From Limisphaerales bacterium (GTDB taxonomy: Bacteria; Patescibacteriota; Microgenomatia; UBA1406; GWC2-37-13), in NCBI GenBank assembly GCA_044356445.1, contig JBIKWE010000001.1, forward strand, positions 1 to 52,256: a stretch of DNA of 52,256 nt, given 5' to 3'. Below are positions 10,746 to 19,018 of this stretch, piece after piece. The notes below the pieces were generated by a model. It was not told the DNA's origin. It ran no database searches and was given only the letters and a program-made list of their open reading frames with translations. Position 1 is the first letter of the stretch, and each line of letters begins with the position of its first letter. The position numbers and the translations under genes are program-made.

Positions 10746-11795
10746 ATGCCTCTTGTATTTTTTTTGCCAATATTATTTATATACTTTTTAGGCCTGTTAA
10801 ATCTAATTGGAATTAGGCAAGATTTAATAATTAATTCCGTAATTCATTTTGGAATAGGACTTTTTTTATTCTTTATATTAAGAAACTTTCAAAAAGTTAG
10901 ACATCATAATTTTTTTAGGGATCATAGTTTTTATTTTTATATTTTTTCCCTTTTCTTATTAATCTTAACTTTAATACTTGGTGAACAAATTAAAGGTTCC
11001 AAAAGATGGTTAGATTTATACCTATTTCCTTTACAAACTTCAGAATTATTTAAAATATTTTTCATTTCGTTCATGAGTTATATTTTTTCAAGAAAGATTA
11101 TGATTTCTGATAGAAAAAGCATATTTTTAAAAGCACTGCTTTTCACAGTAATTCCGGTTGCAATCATTATGTTGCAACCTGATTTGGAAACATCTGTTAT
11201 AGTTTTTGGAATTTTTTTATTTATAGCTATTAATTCTGAGATACCAAAAAAATATTTTTTTTATATATTTCTAATATTCCTTTTGAGTTTGCCAGTTGCT
11301 TGGGAGTTAATGCACGATTATCAAAGGAATAGAATTTTAAGTTTTATAGCCCCTCATGAAGATTATTCTGGAACATCATATAATATGACTCAAGCAAAAA
11401 TAACCGTTGGCTCAGGCGGGATATTTGGTGAGGGTTTAAGTATGGGAAAGCAAACACAACTATCATTTTTACCAGAACATCATACAGATTTTGCCTTCTC
11501 TTCTTTAATTGAACAGTTTGGGTTTTTTGGAGGCGCTATTTTAATTATTTTATATCTGGCTTTTTTTGCTGTACTGTTTATTAAATTATTAAAATTATCA
11601 GATAAAACTGATTATGATAGTAGATATGAATTTTTTTATTTACTTGGATTTTCCTTTATTTTAATTTCTCAAGCTGCAATAAATATTGGGATGAACTTGG
11701 GAATTGTGCCAATTGCCGGGGTCACTTTACCTTTTGTGTCATATGGAGGCTCATCTTTGATTACGTTTATGATAGGTCTTGCATTATTGCCTTAG
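10746..11795 (+). CDS. rodA: SEDS-family protein (RodA-like)
   Basis: 349 aa polytopic protein with QPDLETS, LPEHHTDFAFS and LPFVSYGGSS. It is the second SEDS paralogue, outside the dcw cluster, so RodA is assigned by context only. Confidence 0.7.
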   Translation: MPLVFFLPILFIYFLGLLNLIGIRQDLIINSVIHFGIGLFLFFILRNFQKVRHHNFFRDHSFYFYIFSLFLLILTLILGEQIKGSKRWLDLYLFPLQTSELFKIFFISFMSYIFSRKIMISDRKSIFLKALLFTVIPVAIIMLQPDLETSVIVFGIFLFIAINSEIPKKYFFYIFLIFLLSLPVAWELMHDYQRNRILSFIAPHEDYSGTSYNMTQAKITVGSGGIFGEGLSMGKQTQLSFLPEHHTDFAFSSLIEQFGFFGGAILIILYLAFFAVLFIKLLKLSDKTDYDSRYEFFYLLGFSFILISQAAINIGMNLGIVPIAGVTLPFVSYGGSSLITFMIGLALLP

Positions 11796-11813
11796 ATAAA
11801 GTTTTAATTACTC

Positions 11814-11841
11814 TTGATATTTACACATTCTTAAGTATAAT
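11814..11841 (+). promoter_or_regulatory. Sigma-70-type promoter of rplU-rpmA (TTGATA-16 nt-TATAAT)
   Basis: TTGATA at 11814-11819 and TATAAT at 11836-11841. The ATG at 11848 is 6 nt after the -10, implying a leaderless transcript. Confidence 0.5.
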
Positions 11842-11847
11842 TATAAT

Positions 11848-12159
11848 ATGAGTACACATGCGGTTATCCTTGTAAAAGGAAAGCAATATTTAGTTCAAAA
11901 AGGTGATGTTTTCTATGTTGAACGTCTTGGAGAGGATAAAGACAAAACTATTTCCGTACCTTCTTTAATGTCTTTTGATAAGGATTCAAGCAGCGTTGAA
12001 ATCGGTACGCCTGAACTTAAATCCGAAGTTTCTCTTAAGATTATCGAACACGAAAAAGGTGATAAATTAAGAGTCGCCAAATTCAAATCAAAAGTCAGAT
12101 ACAGAAAAGTTAGGGGTTTTAGACCAATGCTTACTAAGGTTGAGGTTTTATCAATATAA
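11848..12159 (+). CDS. rplU: 50S ribosomal protein L21
   Basis: 103 aa, AVILVKGKQYLVQKGD start typical of L21. Immediately upstream of L27. Confidence 0.92.
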   Translation: MSTHAVILVKGKQYLVQKGDVFYVERLGEDKDKTISVPSLMSFDKDSSSVEIGTPELKSEVSLKIIEHEKGDKLRVAKFKSKVRYRKVRGFRPMLTKVEVLSI

Positions 12160-12165
12160 AATTAT

Positions 12166-12411
12166 ATGGCACATACAAAAGCTCAAAGAGCGGTTAAAGG
12201 AAATAGAGACTCAATTTCGAAAAGATTAGGCGTTAAGCTTTATGGTGGTCAAAAAGCTATTCCGGGAAATATAATTGTAAGACAAAGAGGGAGTAAATTT
12301 CATGCTGGAGACGGCGTTTTAACATCAAGAGATTTTACTTTAGTGTCACTTAAAGAAGGAATTGTGACTTTTTATAAGAGGCTGGGCAAGAATTTTGTCA
12401 GAATTGATTAA
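12166..12411 (+). CDS. rpmA: 50S ribosomal protein L27
   Basis: MAHTKAQRAVKGNRDSISKRLGVK...IIVRQRGSKFHAG matches the L27 signature. Confidence 0.96.
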   Translation: MAHTKAQRAVKGNRDSISKRLGVKLYGGQKAIPGNIIVRQRGSKFHAGDGVLTSRDFTLVSLKEGIVTFYKRLGKNFVRID

Positions 12412-12435
12412 AACTGCATATTGTCTTCTTAAATT

Positions 12436-12981
12436 ATGCACATAGATTTACAAAATCTAATAGAGAGTGCTAAGAAAGAAAAAGATCCCTTTACTTTAGC
12501 TGGTATTTTTTTAAAACTTAGAGATCAGTGGGAGTATCCCTTATCAAAGTTGGCAACTGAAATTGGTAAACATCCATCATATGTTTCATCTCTTATTAGA
12601 GTAAATTTATTGCCTGAAATTGTGAAAGATGGCTATTATGCAAAGCAGATATCAGAGTCACATCTTATTGTCTTGTCGAGGTTAAATCACCCACAGGATA
12701 TGAGAGAGGCGTATGAGGAGGTTCTAAAGAATAATTTATCGCTTGCTAAAACTCAGATTTTAGTGCGCAAATACTTATATGGCATATATGATGATGGCAC
12801 AGCCCCCGATCTTAACAAGTCATATAAATTTGCAAAAGACCTACAAAGGATTTATGAGGCTAAAGTAAACATTTTACAATCAAGAGCGACTGCAAAAATA
12901 GTATTGGAGAAAAAAGGAAATGTTGCTGAAACCTCTCAATTTATTGCTCTTATTTCTAAAAAATTACTTCAGGAAGATTAA
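12436..12981 (+). CDS. ParB-like HTH domain protein lacking the N-terminal ParB/CTPase domain
   Basis: The segment LSKLATEIGKHPSYVSSLIRVNLLPEIVK resembles the ParB/Spo0J helix-turn-helix. No GERR-type N-terminal box and no adjacent parA. Confidence 0.45.
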   Translation: MHIDLQNLIESAKKEKDPFTLAGIFLKLRDQWEYPLSKLATEIGKHPSYVSSLIRVNLLPEIVKDGYYAKQISESHLIVLSRLNHPQDMREAYEEVLKNNLSLAKTQILVRKYLYGIYDDGTAPDLNKSYKFAKDLQRIYEAKVNILQSRATAKIVLEKKGNVAETSQFIALISKKLLQED

Positions 12982-12990
12982 ATCAGATAA

Positions 12991-13572
12991 TTATATCTTG
13001 TTCCTAAATGATTCATGAAAAGGATTTTTTATGACCCCCATCTTTGTTGTTGGAAAATATCTATAAAACACTTGTCCGACAACACTTACAAATTTAATTG
13101 GTCCAAATTCTCTTGAATCAGCCGATCTTGGTCTATTATCGCCCAAAACAAATATTTCACCGTCTGAAACAATCACGGGAACATTATTTTTAACAAAATT
13201 TTCAGGAGTCAATGTTGTCGGAGCTGAGATATAAGGTTCCGAAATCTCTTTACCATTGACAAATACTTTAGAGTCAGAAATTGTAACCGTATCCCCCGGC
13301 AAGCCTATAATTCTTTTAATGTATTCAACATCAGGATTTTGAGGGGAATGAAAGACAACAATGTCTCCTCGTTGAGGATCTCTAATCTTATAAGTGACTT
13401 TACTTGTAAAAATATATTGACCGTTATGAAATGTCGGCTCCATGGAGATGCCATTTATTTGGTTTGGTTGCAGGATAAATAAGTAAACTGTAATAAACAT
13501 GGAGCCAATTATTGCAATGGTTTCTAATATCTCCATTACGAAGGATATGAAGATTTTTATCAATTTCATCAT
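12991..13572 (-). CDS. lepB: Signal peptidase I
   Basis: N-terminal TM. S26 boxes GISMEPTF (Ser), RGDIVVF, YIKRIIGLPGD (Lys) and GDNRPRSADSREFG. The second Met (13569) may be the true start. Confidence 0.9.
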   Translation of the reverse strand: MMKLIKIFISFVMEILETIAIIGSMFITVYLFILQPNQINGISMEPTFHNGQYIFTSKVTYKIRDPQRGDIVVFHSPQNPDVEYIKRIIGLPGDTVTISDSKVFVNGKEISEPYISAPTTLTPENFVKNNVPVIVSDGEIFVLGDNRPRSADSREFGPIKFVSVVGQVFYRYFPTTKMGVIKNPFHESFRNKI

Positions 13573-13614
13573 TCAATTTTAAATTAGTTTTAATACAAAT
13601 ACAACAATAAGATG

Positions 13615-13620
13615 TATAAT
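13615..13620 (+). promoter_or_regulatory. Candidate -10 box (TATAAT) for tRNA-Val and the downstream envelope genes
   Basis: gatgTATAAT lies 15 nt upstream of the mature tRNA 5' end. I did not identify a -35. Confidence 0.4.
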
Positions 13621-13635
13621 GTGTTTTAGTAATTA

Positions 13636-13708
13636 GCGCGCATAGCTCAGTTGGTAGAGCATTCGATTCACATTCGAAAGGTCTCTGGTTCAAGTCCAGA
13701 TGTGCGCA
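13636..13708 (+). tRNA. tRNA-Val (anticodon CAC)
   Basis: Hand-folded cloverleaf. Acceptor GCGCGCA/TGTGCGC, D arm GCTC-AGTTGGTA-GAGC, anticodon arm TTCGA-TTCACAT-TCGAA, T arm TCTGG-TTCAAGT-CCAGA, discriminator A. CCA is not encoded. Confidence 0.9.
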
Positions 13709-13709
13709 C

Positions 13710-13943
13710 ATGAAAACAATTATAGATTTTTTAAAGAGATTTTTCGTTGATTTGTTTTATGGTCTATATTTTTCAGCGATTGAGTATGATAATCGCTTAA
13801 AATTAACAAAAACTTTTACTCAAAGACTTATTATCTGGTCCATCATTACAGTTGTTTCAAGTATATTGATTTTTTTAGTTATTTTATCAATCTGGAGATT
13901 TATTGATTCAGTCAATGCTTCATCTCTTGAGTTTGGGAATTAG
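13710..13943 (+). CDS. Small membrane protein, unknown function
   Basis: 77 aa with one clear TM helix (IIWSIITVVSSILIFLVILSIW). The ATG is 1 nt after the tRNA-Val discriminator, and the stop is 3 nt before the glycosyltransferase gene. Confidence 0.5.
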   Translation: MKTIIDFLKRFFVDLFYGLYFSAIEYDNRLKLTKTFTQRLIIWSIITVVSSILIFLVILSIWRFIDSVNASSLEFGN

Positions 13944-13946
13944 AAA

Positions 13947-14702
13947 ATGAGTATTTCAGCTTGCATAATTTATCAAGACGATCTCAAAAAACTGGCAAAA
14001 TTATTAGAGTCATTAAGATTTTGTCAAGAAGTTCTCATATTATCTTCAAAAAACGATAAGCAAAATTACTGTTTATATAACCCAAAAATAAAATTTATTT
14101 ACTTAAATGAAGAAATTCAAGATTTTTCAAAAATCAGAAATGAGTTTCATAAATTTGCAACTTGTGATTGGTTATTGCATATTGATTCTGATGAAAGATT
14201 AACCAAACCTCTTATAAGCGAGATTGAGACTGTGGTTAAACAAAATAATTTTGAAGCTTTCTATATTAAACGTGAGGATGTTTTTTTAAATGCTAAGGTT
14301 AAATATGGCGAGTTATATAATGCAAGTCATAAAGGGTTTATTCGCCTGTATAGAAAAAATTCAGGCACTTGGAAAAATAATGTTCACGAAGTTTTCGAGC
14401 TAAATAAAGGACTAAAAGCTTCATACCTTAAAAATAATTTTACTCATCTGGCGCATGAAAGTGTGTCATCTTTTATACTTAAAGTTAACAACTACAGCAC
14501 GTTAAGAAGTATAAGTATTAGCAATATTTATTTTTCATCCAATATTATTTCAATTATTTTTTTACCCCTTATTAAATTTATTTATACTTTTTTTTTCAAA
14601 TTGGGCTTTATGGATCGTGAAGTTGGCTTTATTTATTCATTCTTAATGAGTTTTCATTCTTTTTTGGCACGTTCAAAAACATATGCATCATCTCAAAAAT
14701 GA
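13947..14702 (+). CDS. Family 2 glycosyltransferase
   Basis: GT-A type N-terminus (ISACIIYQDD...), DxD-type HIDSDE, hydrophobic C-terminal segment. Confidence 0.7.
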   Translation: MSISACIIYQDDLKKLAKLLESLRFCQEVLILSSKNDKQNYCLYNPKIKFIYLNEEIQDFSKIRNEFHKFATCDWLLHIDSDERLTKPLISEIETVVKQNNFEAFYIKREDVFLNAKVKYGELYNASHKGFIRLYRKNSGTWKNNVHEVFELNKGLKASYLKNNFTHLAHESVSSFILKVNNYSTLRSISISNIYFSSNIISIIFLPLIKFIYTFFFKLGFMDREVGFIYSFLMSFHSFLARSKTYASSQK

Positions 14703-15864
14703 GTTTCTATTTAAATTACGCGAAATCGTATTGTCTGCAGCTATTATTCTTTTTGGTTTAGGTCAGCTTGGGAGACTGGAGTTTTTTAACATAGATGCAC
14801 CGATATATCTTTATGAAATTTTTTTAGCACTCTTTCTATTTCTTTTCATCATAAAGAGATTTAAAGTTAAATTTAATAAACTAATAATTTCGGGTTTTAT
14901 CTTTATAAATTTTTTAGGTATTTCTTTAATTTTTTCACTTCATAAATATCCTGCGACACATTCAATTGAAGCAATATTGTATTTTTTACGCCTAATAACT
15001 TATGTAATATTAATATGTTTAAGTTCTTCTTCATTTAAACAATTTAAAAATTCGCGCTCAATCAAGTTATCGTTTTTAATAAGCCTTGTTTTTATTATCA
15101 CAACCTCTATTATTCAGTTTTTATTTTTTCCAAAAGTCGGTATATTATCGTATTTAGGTTGGGATCCTCATATGTATAGAGTTATTGGACTTTTTTTTGA
15201 TCCACCAATAACAGTTTCCGTTTACGCGATTATTGCAATAATATTTTTAAGTTTAAAAAACATCTCAAATTATTTTAAGTATGGCGTCACATTTATATTA
15301 TTGTTATTATCAATTCTCACTTATTCAAGAGGCGGATTTGTTGCCATTATACTGACATCCATTATATTTTTAATTCTTAAAAAGAGGTTTAAGTATATCA
15401 TTTTAATCTTTATTACATGCTTAATAATATTTCCATTAATCTCCTCTAATCATCTTGAGAGTTTAAACTTATTAAGGACAATGTCAATTGAGTCAAGGAT
15501 TAAAAACAATAAAGAGGGTCTGTCATTTTTTTACAAAAATCCAATTATCGGACTTGGTTATAACCAGATAAAAAGCGAGAAGATTAAATCAAGACCCGAA
15601 CTTTATTTAAAAAATTTAAACTCAAATAGTATCGCCTCATTTCATTCAAGCTTCATAAATATATTGGTAACAGGAGGAGTTTTAGGCTTATTCTTTTTTA
15701 TAATTTTTCTAATATCCTTAACAAAAATTTCTTTAATTCATTTTTATGCTGTGGTTTTTTCAAGTATTATCTCTTTATTTGATAATGTATTGCTGCATCC
15801 ATTTGTTTTATTTCTATTTTTTTGCTTAGCCTATTTCAATAAAGAAAAAGCTAAAAATCAGTAG
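14683..15864 (+). CDS. O-antigen ligase/Wzy_C-family polytopic membrane protein
   Basis: About 10-12 predicted TM helices. TYSRGGFVAIILTS motif and an external loop typical of O-antigen-ligase-like proteins. Overlaps the GT2 gene by 20 nt. Confidence 0.6.
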   Translation: MHHLKNEFLFKLREIVLSAAIILFGLGQLGRLEFFNIDAPIYLYEIFLALFLFLFIIKRFKVKFNKLIISGFIFINFLGISLIFSLHKYPATHSIEAILYFLRLITYVILICLSSSSFKQFKNSRSIKLSFLISLVFIITTSIIQFLFFPKVGILSYLGWDPHMYRVIGLFFDPPITVSVYAIIAIIFLSLKNISNYFKYGVTFILLLLSILTYSRGGFVAIILTSIIFLILKKRFKYIILIFITCLIIFPLISSNHLESLNLLRTMSIESRIKNNKEGLSFFYKNPIIGLGYNQIKSEKIKSRPELYLKNLNSNSIASFHSSFINILVTGGVLGLFFFIIFLISLTKISLIHFYAVVFSSIISLFDNVLLHPFVLFLFFCLAYFNKEKAKNQ

Positions 15865-16561
15865 AAACATTTACCATCAATTCCTTAGAGGTTTGATTTC
15901 CAGCCCTATCCTCGGCTAAAAAGCTTAGCTTATTCTCGCCATTTTTCAATTTAAAAGGAGATGAAAAAGCTCCGTTTGAGCTTACAACAAAGGGTATATT
16001 ATTAACCTTTAAAGTTGTTCCCGGGTCAACTGTCCCCGAGATATTTATGTCGACAGTAGTAAGTTTAGAGTTTTCAGAAGGTGTGTCAATTTTTAATTCG
16101 GGAGGTGAATTTTTATACTCCACTGACACTGTTTCTGTTTTTTCTTTGTTTTTAGAGGATAAATGCTCTGCCTCGGCATAAATTTCATTATTTCCGGGTT
16201 TTAAATTCTTTAATTCAAATTCGAATTCTTCCTCTATAACTTCTGCTTCTCCCACGGCATCGTTGTTCAGATACATGGTTACCTTGTCAAAACCTCGTAC
16301 TTGACCTGAAATATATAAACTCGCGGAGTTTGTGGCGACAAACGGAGAGCTGATATCGATAATGCCGTATATATCGGGTTTTGTAATGGAAGATTCATCC
16401 GCGATGTTCTTTTTATCAGGACTAAAAAACATTGCTCCCGAAATAATCGCACGAAATCCGAAAATAGTAAATCCAACAAAAAATAAAATTAAAAAAAATC
16501 CCGCTAAAAGCGTTTGTTTAAAAATAATTTTGTTTCTTTGTTGATTTAATCTGGTTCCCAT
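15851..16561 (-). CDS. Membrane-anchored protein with tandem Ig-like (Big-type) beta domains
   Basis: N-terminal TM (LLAGFFLILFFVGFTIFGF), then two beta-rich repeats (ISGQVRG..., ISGTVDPGTTLKVNN...). Start placed at ATG 16561, because the track start at 16594 would overlap tRNA-Thr. Confidence 0.55.
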   Translation of the reverse strand: MGTRLNQQRNKIIFKQTLLAGFFLILFFVGFTIFGFRAIISGAMFFSPDKKNIADESSITKPDIYGIIDISSPFVATNSASLYISGQVRGFDKVTMYLNNDAVGEAEVIEEEFEFELKNLKPGNNEIYAEAEHLSSKNKEKTETVSVEYKNSPPELKIDTPSENSKLTTVDINISGTVDPGTTLKVNNIPFVVSSNGAFSSPFKLKNGENKLSFLAEDRAGNQTSKELMVNVSTDF

Positions 16562-16564
16562 ATG

Positions 16565-16635
16565 AGCCGCTTGGGAGAATTGAACTCCCATCACCGGTTT
16601 ACGATACCGATGCTCTGCCGTTGAGCTAAAGCGGC
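16565..16635 (-). tRNA. tRNA-Thr (anticodon CGT)
   Basis: Reverse complement folds as GCCGCTT-TA-GCTC..GAGC-A-TCGGT-ATCGTAA-ACCGG-TGAT-GGGAG-TTCAATT-CTCCC-AAGCGGC-T. CCA is not encoded. Confidence 0.85.
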
Positions 16636-16644
16636 ATATTTAAG

Positions 16645-16653
16645 ATTATAACA
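16645..16653 (-). promoter_or_regulatory. Candidate extended -10 (TGtTATAAT) for tRNA-Thr
   Basis: The reverse complement of 16645-16653 reads TGTTATAAT, 9 nt upstream of the tRNA-Thr 5' end. Confidence 0.4.
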
Positions 16654-16843
16654 TGAAGATAAATTAAGTATTTATTATCTTTCATACCAGTAATGGCGCT
16701 TGTAATGTTAGGGGTATTTATGAAGCATCTTGAAATGCTAATTTACTTTTAAATAGTCTTGCAATAATTTAATGTAAGTGACAAGAAATGTGGGATGAAA
16801 GACTAAAATCAGTATAAAAGTAAAATTTTTAGTTTAAAATATA

Positions 16844-16917
16844 TGGAGCGGGATACGAGAATCGAACTCGCTTCTCATCCTTGGGAAGGATGCATACTAC
16901 CGGTGTACTAATCCCGC
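16844..16917 (-). tRNA. tRNA-Gly (anticodon CCC), CCA encoded
   Basis: Reverse complement: GCGGGAT-TA-GTAC..GTAT-G-CATCC-TTCCCAA-GGATG-AGAAG-GCGAG-TTCGATT-CTCGT-ATCCCGC-T-CCA. Confidence 0.9.
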
Positions 16918-16924
16918 ATGTTTT

Positions 16925-17443
16925 TTATCTTGGAATTTTAAGTGTTTGACCAACTTCGATTAAATCAGGATTTTTTATGTTATTCTGAGTTGCAATTTTC
17001 ATCCACGCTTCCTTGTCGCCGTATGCTTTTTGCGCAATTATAAAAAGAGTATCACCTTTTTGCACAATATATGAGTCTTTAGTATGCGAGACCTTGTCCG
17101 AAGCCACAGAGCTTATCTGTCCTGACTCAATTGTTAAAACTTCAGGCTGAGCACTATTTGTGGCAACTTTATCGTCTGCATTAAGAATTGAGGTTAAGCC
17201 ATTATCTTTTTGACCTGTTGATATTAAATTCATATATTCCTTTGTTTTCTGGTTAAATGAGCTTAGAGAGGAAATAATTTCTGAAGAAAACTCATTAACA
17301 AAAATTATAGAAAGGCTCAAAATAAGAAGAATTATTGTTGAAAAACCTATGCCAAATTTAAGAGGTTCTTGCTTGAGTAAATTTATGGAGGCAGTCTTTA
17401 TAATTCTTAATGTTTTTAAATCTGATATTTCGCTTTTTGGCAT
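16925..17443 (-). CDS. LysM domain peptidoglycan-binding protein
   Basis: N-terminal TM and C-terminal LysM (YIVQKGDTLFIIAQKAYGDKEAWMKIATQNNIKNPDLIEVGQTLKIP). Confidence 0.8.
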   Translation of the reverse strand: MPKSEISDLKTLRIIKTASINLLKQEPLKFGIGFSTIILLILSLSIIFVNEFSSEIISSLSSFNQKTKEYMNLISTGQKDNGLTSILNADDKVATNSAQPEVLTIESGQISSVASDKVSHTKDSYIVQKGDTLFIIAQKAYGDKEAWMKIATQNNIKNPDLIEVGQTLKIPR

Positions 17444-17568
17444 AAGATATTATACCAGAACAGAGCAATCAAAGGGATATTTTTGAGATCTATAATGCGT
17501 AATATAAATTTATAATTTGTAGAAATTAAAACAGTGTATAATGAAAAGGTGAATAATTTTTAAAATCT

Positions 17569-18120
17569 ATGAATGAGGTATATATATTAATTATCCTGTC
17601 GTTTCTTATAGTTTTGCCAATAATTATAACTTTTAATAGTCTTGTCACGCTTCGTGCAAGAATTCATGAGGCATTATCTGGAATTGACATTCAATTAAAG
17701 CGAAGGTTTGATCTCGTCCCTAATCTTGTCGAAACGGTTAAAGCTTATGCATCGCATGAAAAATCAGTTTTTCAAAATGTAACTGAAGCAAGAAGTGCTT
17801 TAATAAAGGCGGAAGGGGTTCATGATAAGGCGCAAGCAAATGATTTATTAACTGGAGCACTTAAGTCTCTATTTGCAGTTGCTGAAGCTTATCCTGAATT
17901 AAAGGCAAATGAGAACTTTAAAGAGCTGCAACGCCAACTTGAAGATACGGAAGATAAAGTCGCTTATTCAAGACAGTTTTACAATAGTCAAGTTCTTGAT
18001 TTTAATACTAAGATTGCTATATTTCCGATAAATTTGGTTTCCGGACCTCTTGGTTTTAATAAATTTGATTTTTTTAAATCAGATGATCAGGATAAAGATT
18101 CGGTAAAAGTCGCTTTTTAA
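17569..18120 (+). CDS. lemA: LemA family protein
   Basis: N-terminal TM plus LemA helical body (LRARIHEALSGIDIQLKRRFDLVPNLVETVKAYASHE). Confidence 0.85.
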   Translation: MNEVYILIILSFLIVLPIIITFNSLVTLRARIHEALSGIDIQLKRRFDLVPNLVETVKAYASHEKSVFQNVTEARSALIKAEGVHDKAQANDLLTGALKSLFAVAEAYPELKANENFKELQRQLEDTEDKVAYSRQFYNSQVLDFNTKIAIFPINLVSGPLGFNKFDFFKSDDQDKDSVKVAF

Positions 18121-18123
18121 TTC

Positions 18124-19017
18124 ATGGCAAACACGTTATATGGTGAAATAGCGGGCAATAAATTTAAGACTTTTATAATTTTTATAATATTTTTACTTAT
18201 TTTTACAGGTTTTTGGGGAGTTTTAGGAACTTATTATGATGATCCCTGGCAATTTGCCCTTTACGGTCTTATTTTTTCATTTTTTTCAATTTTTATTTCT
18301 TATTTTTTTTCAGATAAATTAGTACTTTCCTCATTACAGGCTAAACCGGCAAGAAAAGAAGATTTTTTTGATTTTTATACTGTCACTGAAAATTTATGCT
18401 TAGCATCAGGGCTTCCAATGCCCAAAATTTACATTATTAATGATACATCACCCAATGCTTTTGCAACTGGTAGAAATCCAAAAAATGCAGTTATTTGCGC
18501 AACAACTGGTCTGCTCACATTGTTAAAAAGAGCAGAACTTGAGGGAGTTGTTGCGCATGAACTATCACACATTAGAAATTATGACACCCTCCTCATGTCT
18601 GTTGTTGCTATGTTGGTTGGAAGTGTAAATTTTATATCAACCGCACTTTTAAGAAGAAGGCTTACGATTGGTAGAAAAAACAGTTCAGGTCCCTCTCCTT
18701 TTACTTTTTTATTTCTTTTTATTTCAATATCAGCAGCTCCATTTATCTTATTTCTTATTCAGATGTCAATTTCAAGACAGCGAGAGTATCTGGCAGATGC
18801 CAGCGCAGCTCTTTTAACAAGATATCCTGAAGGATTAGCCGATGCTTTGGAAAAATTAAACTTAAATAACAAGGGATTAAGGGTGGCTTCAACTTCAACT
18901 TCTCATTTGTTTATTATTAATCCGTTTGCCGATTCTGGTTTTCAGGGTCATTTGTCCCACTTATTTAGTACTCATCCTTCTATTGAAAATAGAATACAAG
19001 TTTTAAGAAGTCTTTAA
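18124..19017 (+). CDS. htpX: M48 zinc metalloprotease HtpX
   Basis: HEXXH as HELSHIRNYD, four TM segments, C-terminal FSTHPSIENRI. Confidence 0.9.
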   Translation: MANTLYGEIAGNKFKTFIIFIIFLLIFTGFWGVLGTYYDDPWQFALYGLIFSFFSIFISYFFSDKLVLSSLQAKPARKEDFFDFYTVTENLCLASGLPMPKIYIINDTSPNAFATGRNPKNAVICATTGLLTLLKRAELEGVVAHELSHIRNYDTLLMSVVAMLVGSVNFISTALLRRRLTIGRKNSSGPSPFTFLFLFISISAAPFILFLIQMSISRQREYLADASAALLTRYPEGLADALEKLNLNNKGLRVASTSTSHLFIINPFADSGFQGHLSHLFSTHPSIENRIQVLRSL

Positions 19018-19018
19018 T

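Noticed and set aside
13424-13711. 95-aa minus-strand ORF spanning the lepB 5' end and tRNA-Val.
   Set aside because: It overlaps both a clear tRNA gene and the lepB coding region, so it is a translation artefact.
16636-16843. Possible ncRNA in the 208-nt spacer between tRNA-Thr and tRNA-Gly.
   Set aside because: The spacer is AT-rich with no convincing stems. A TGtTATAAT promoter for tRNA-Thr explains part of it.
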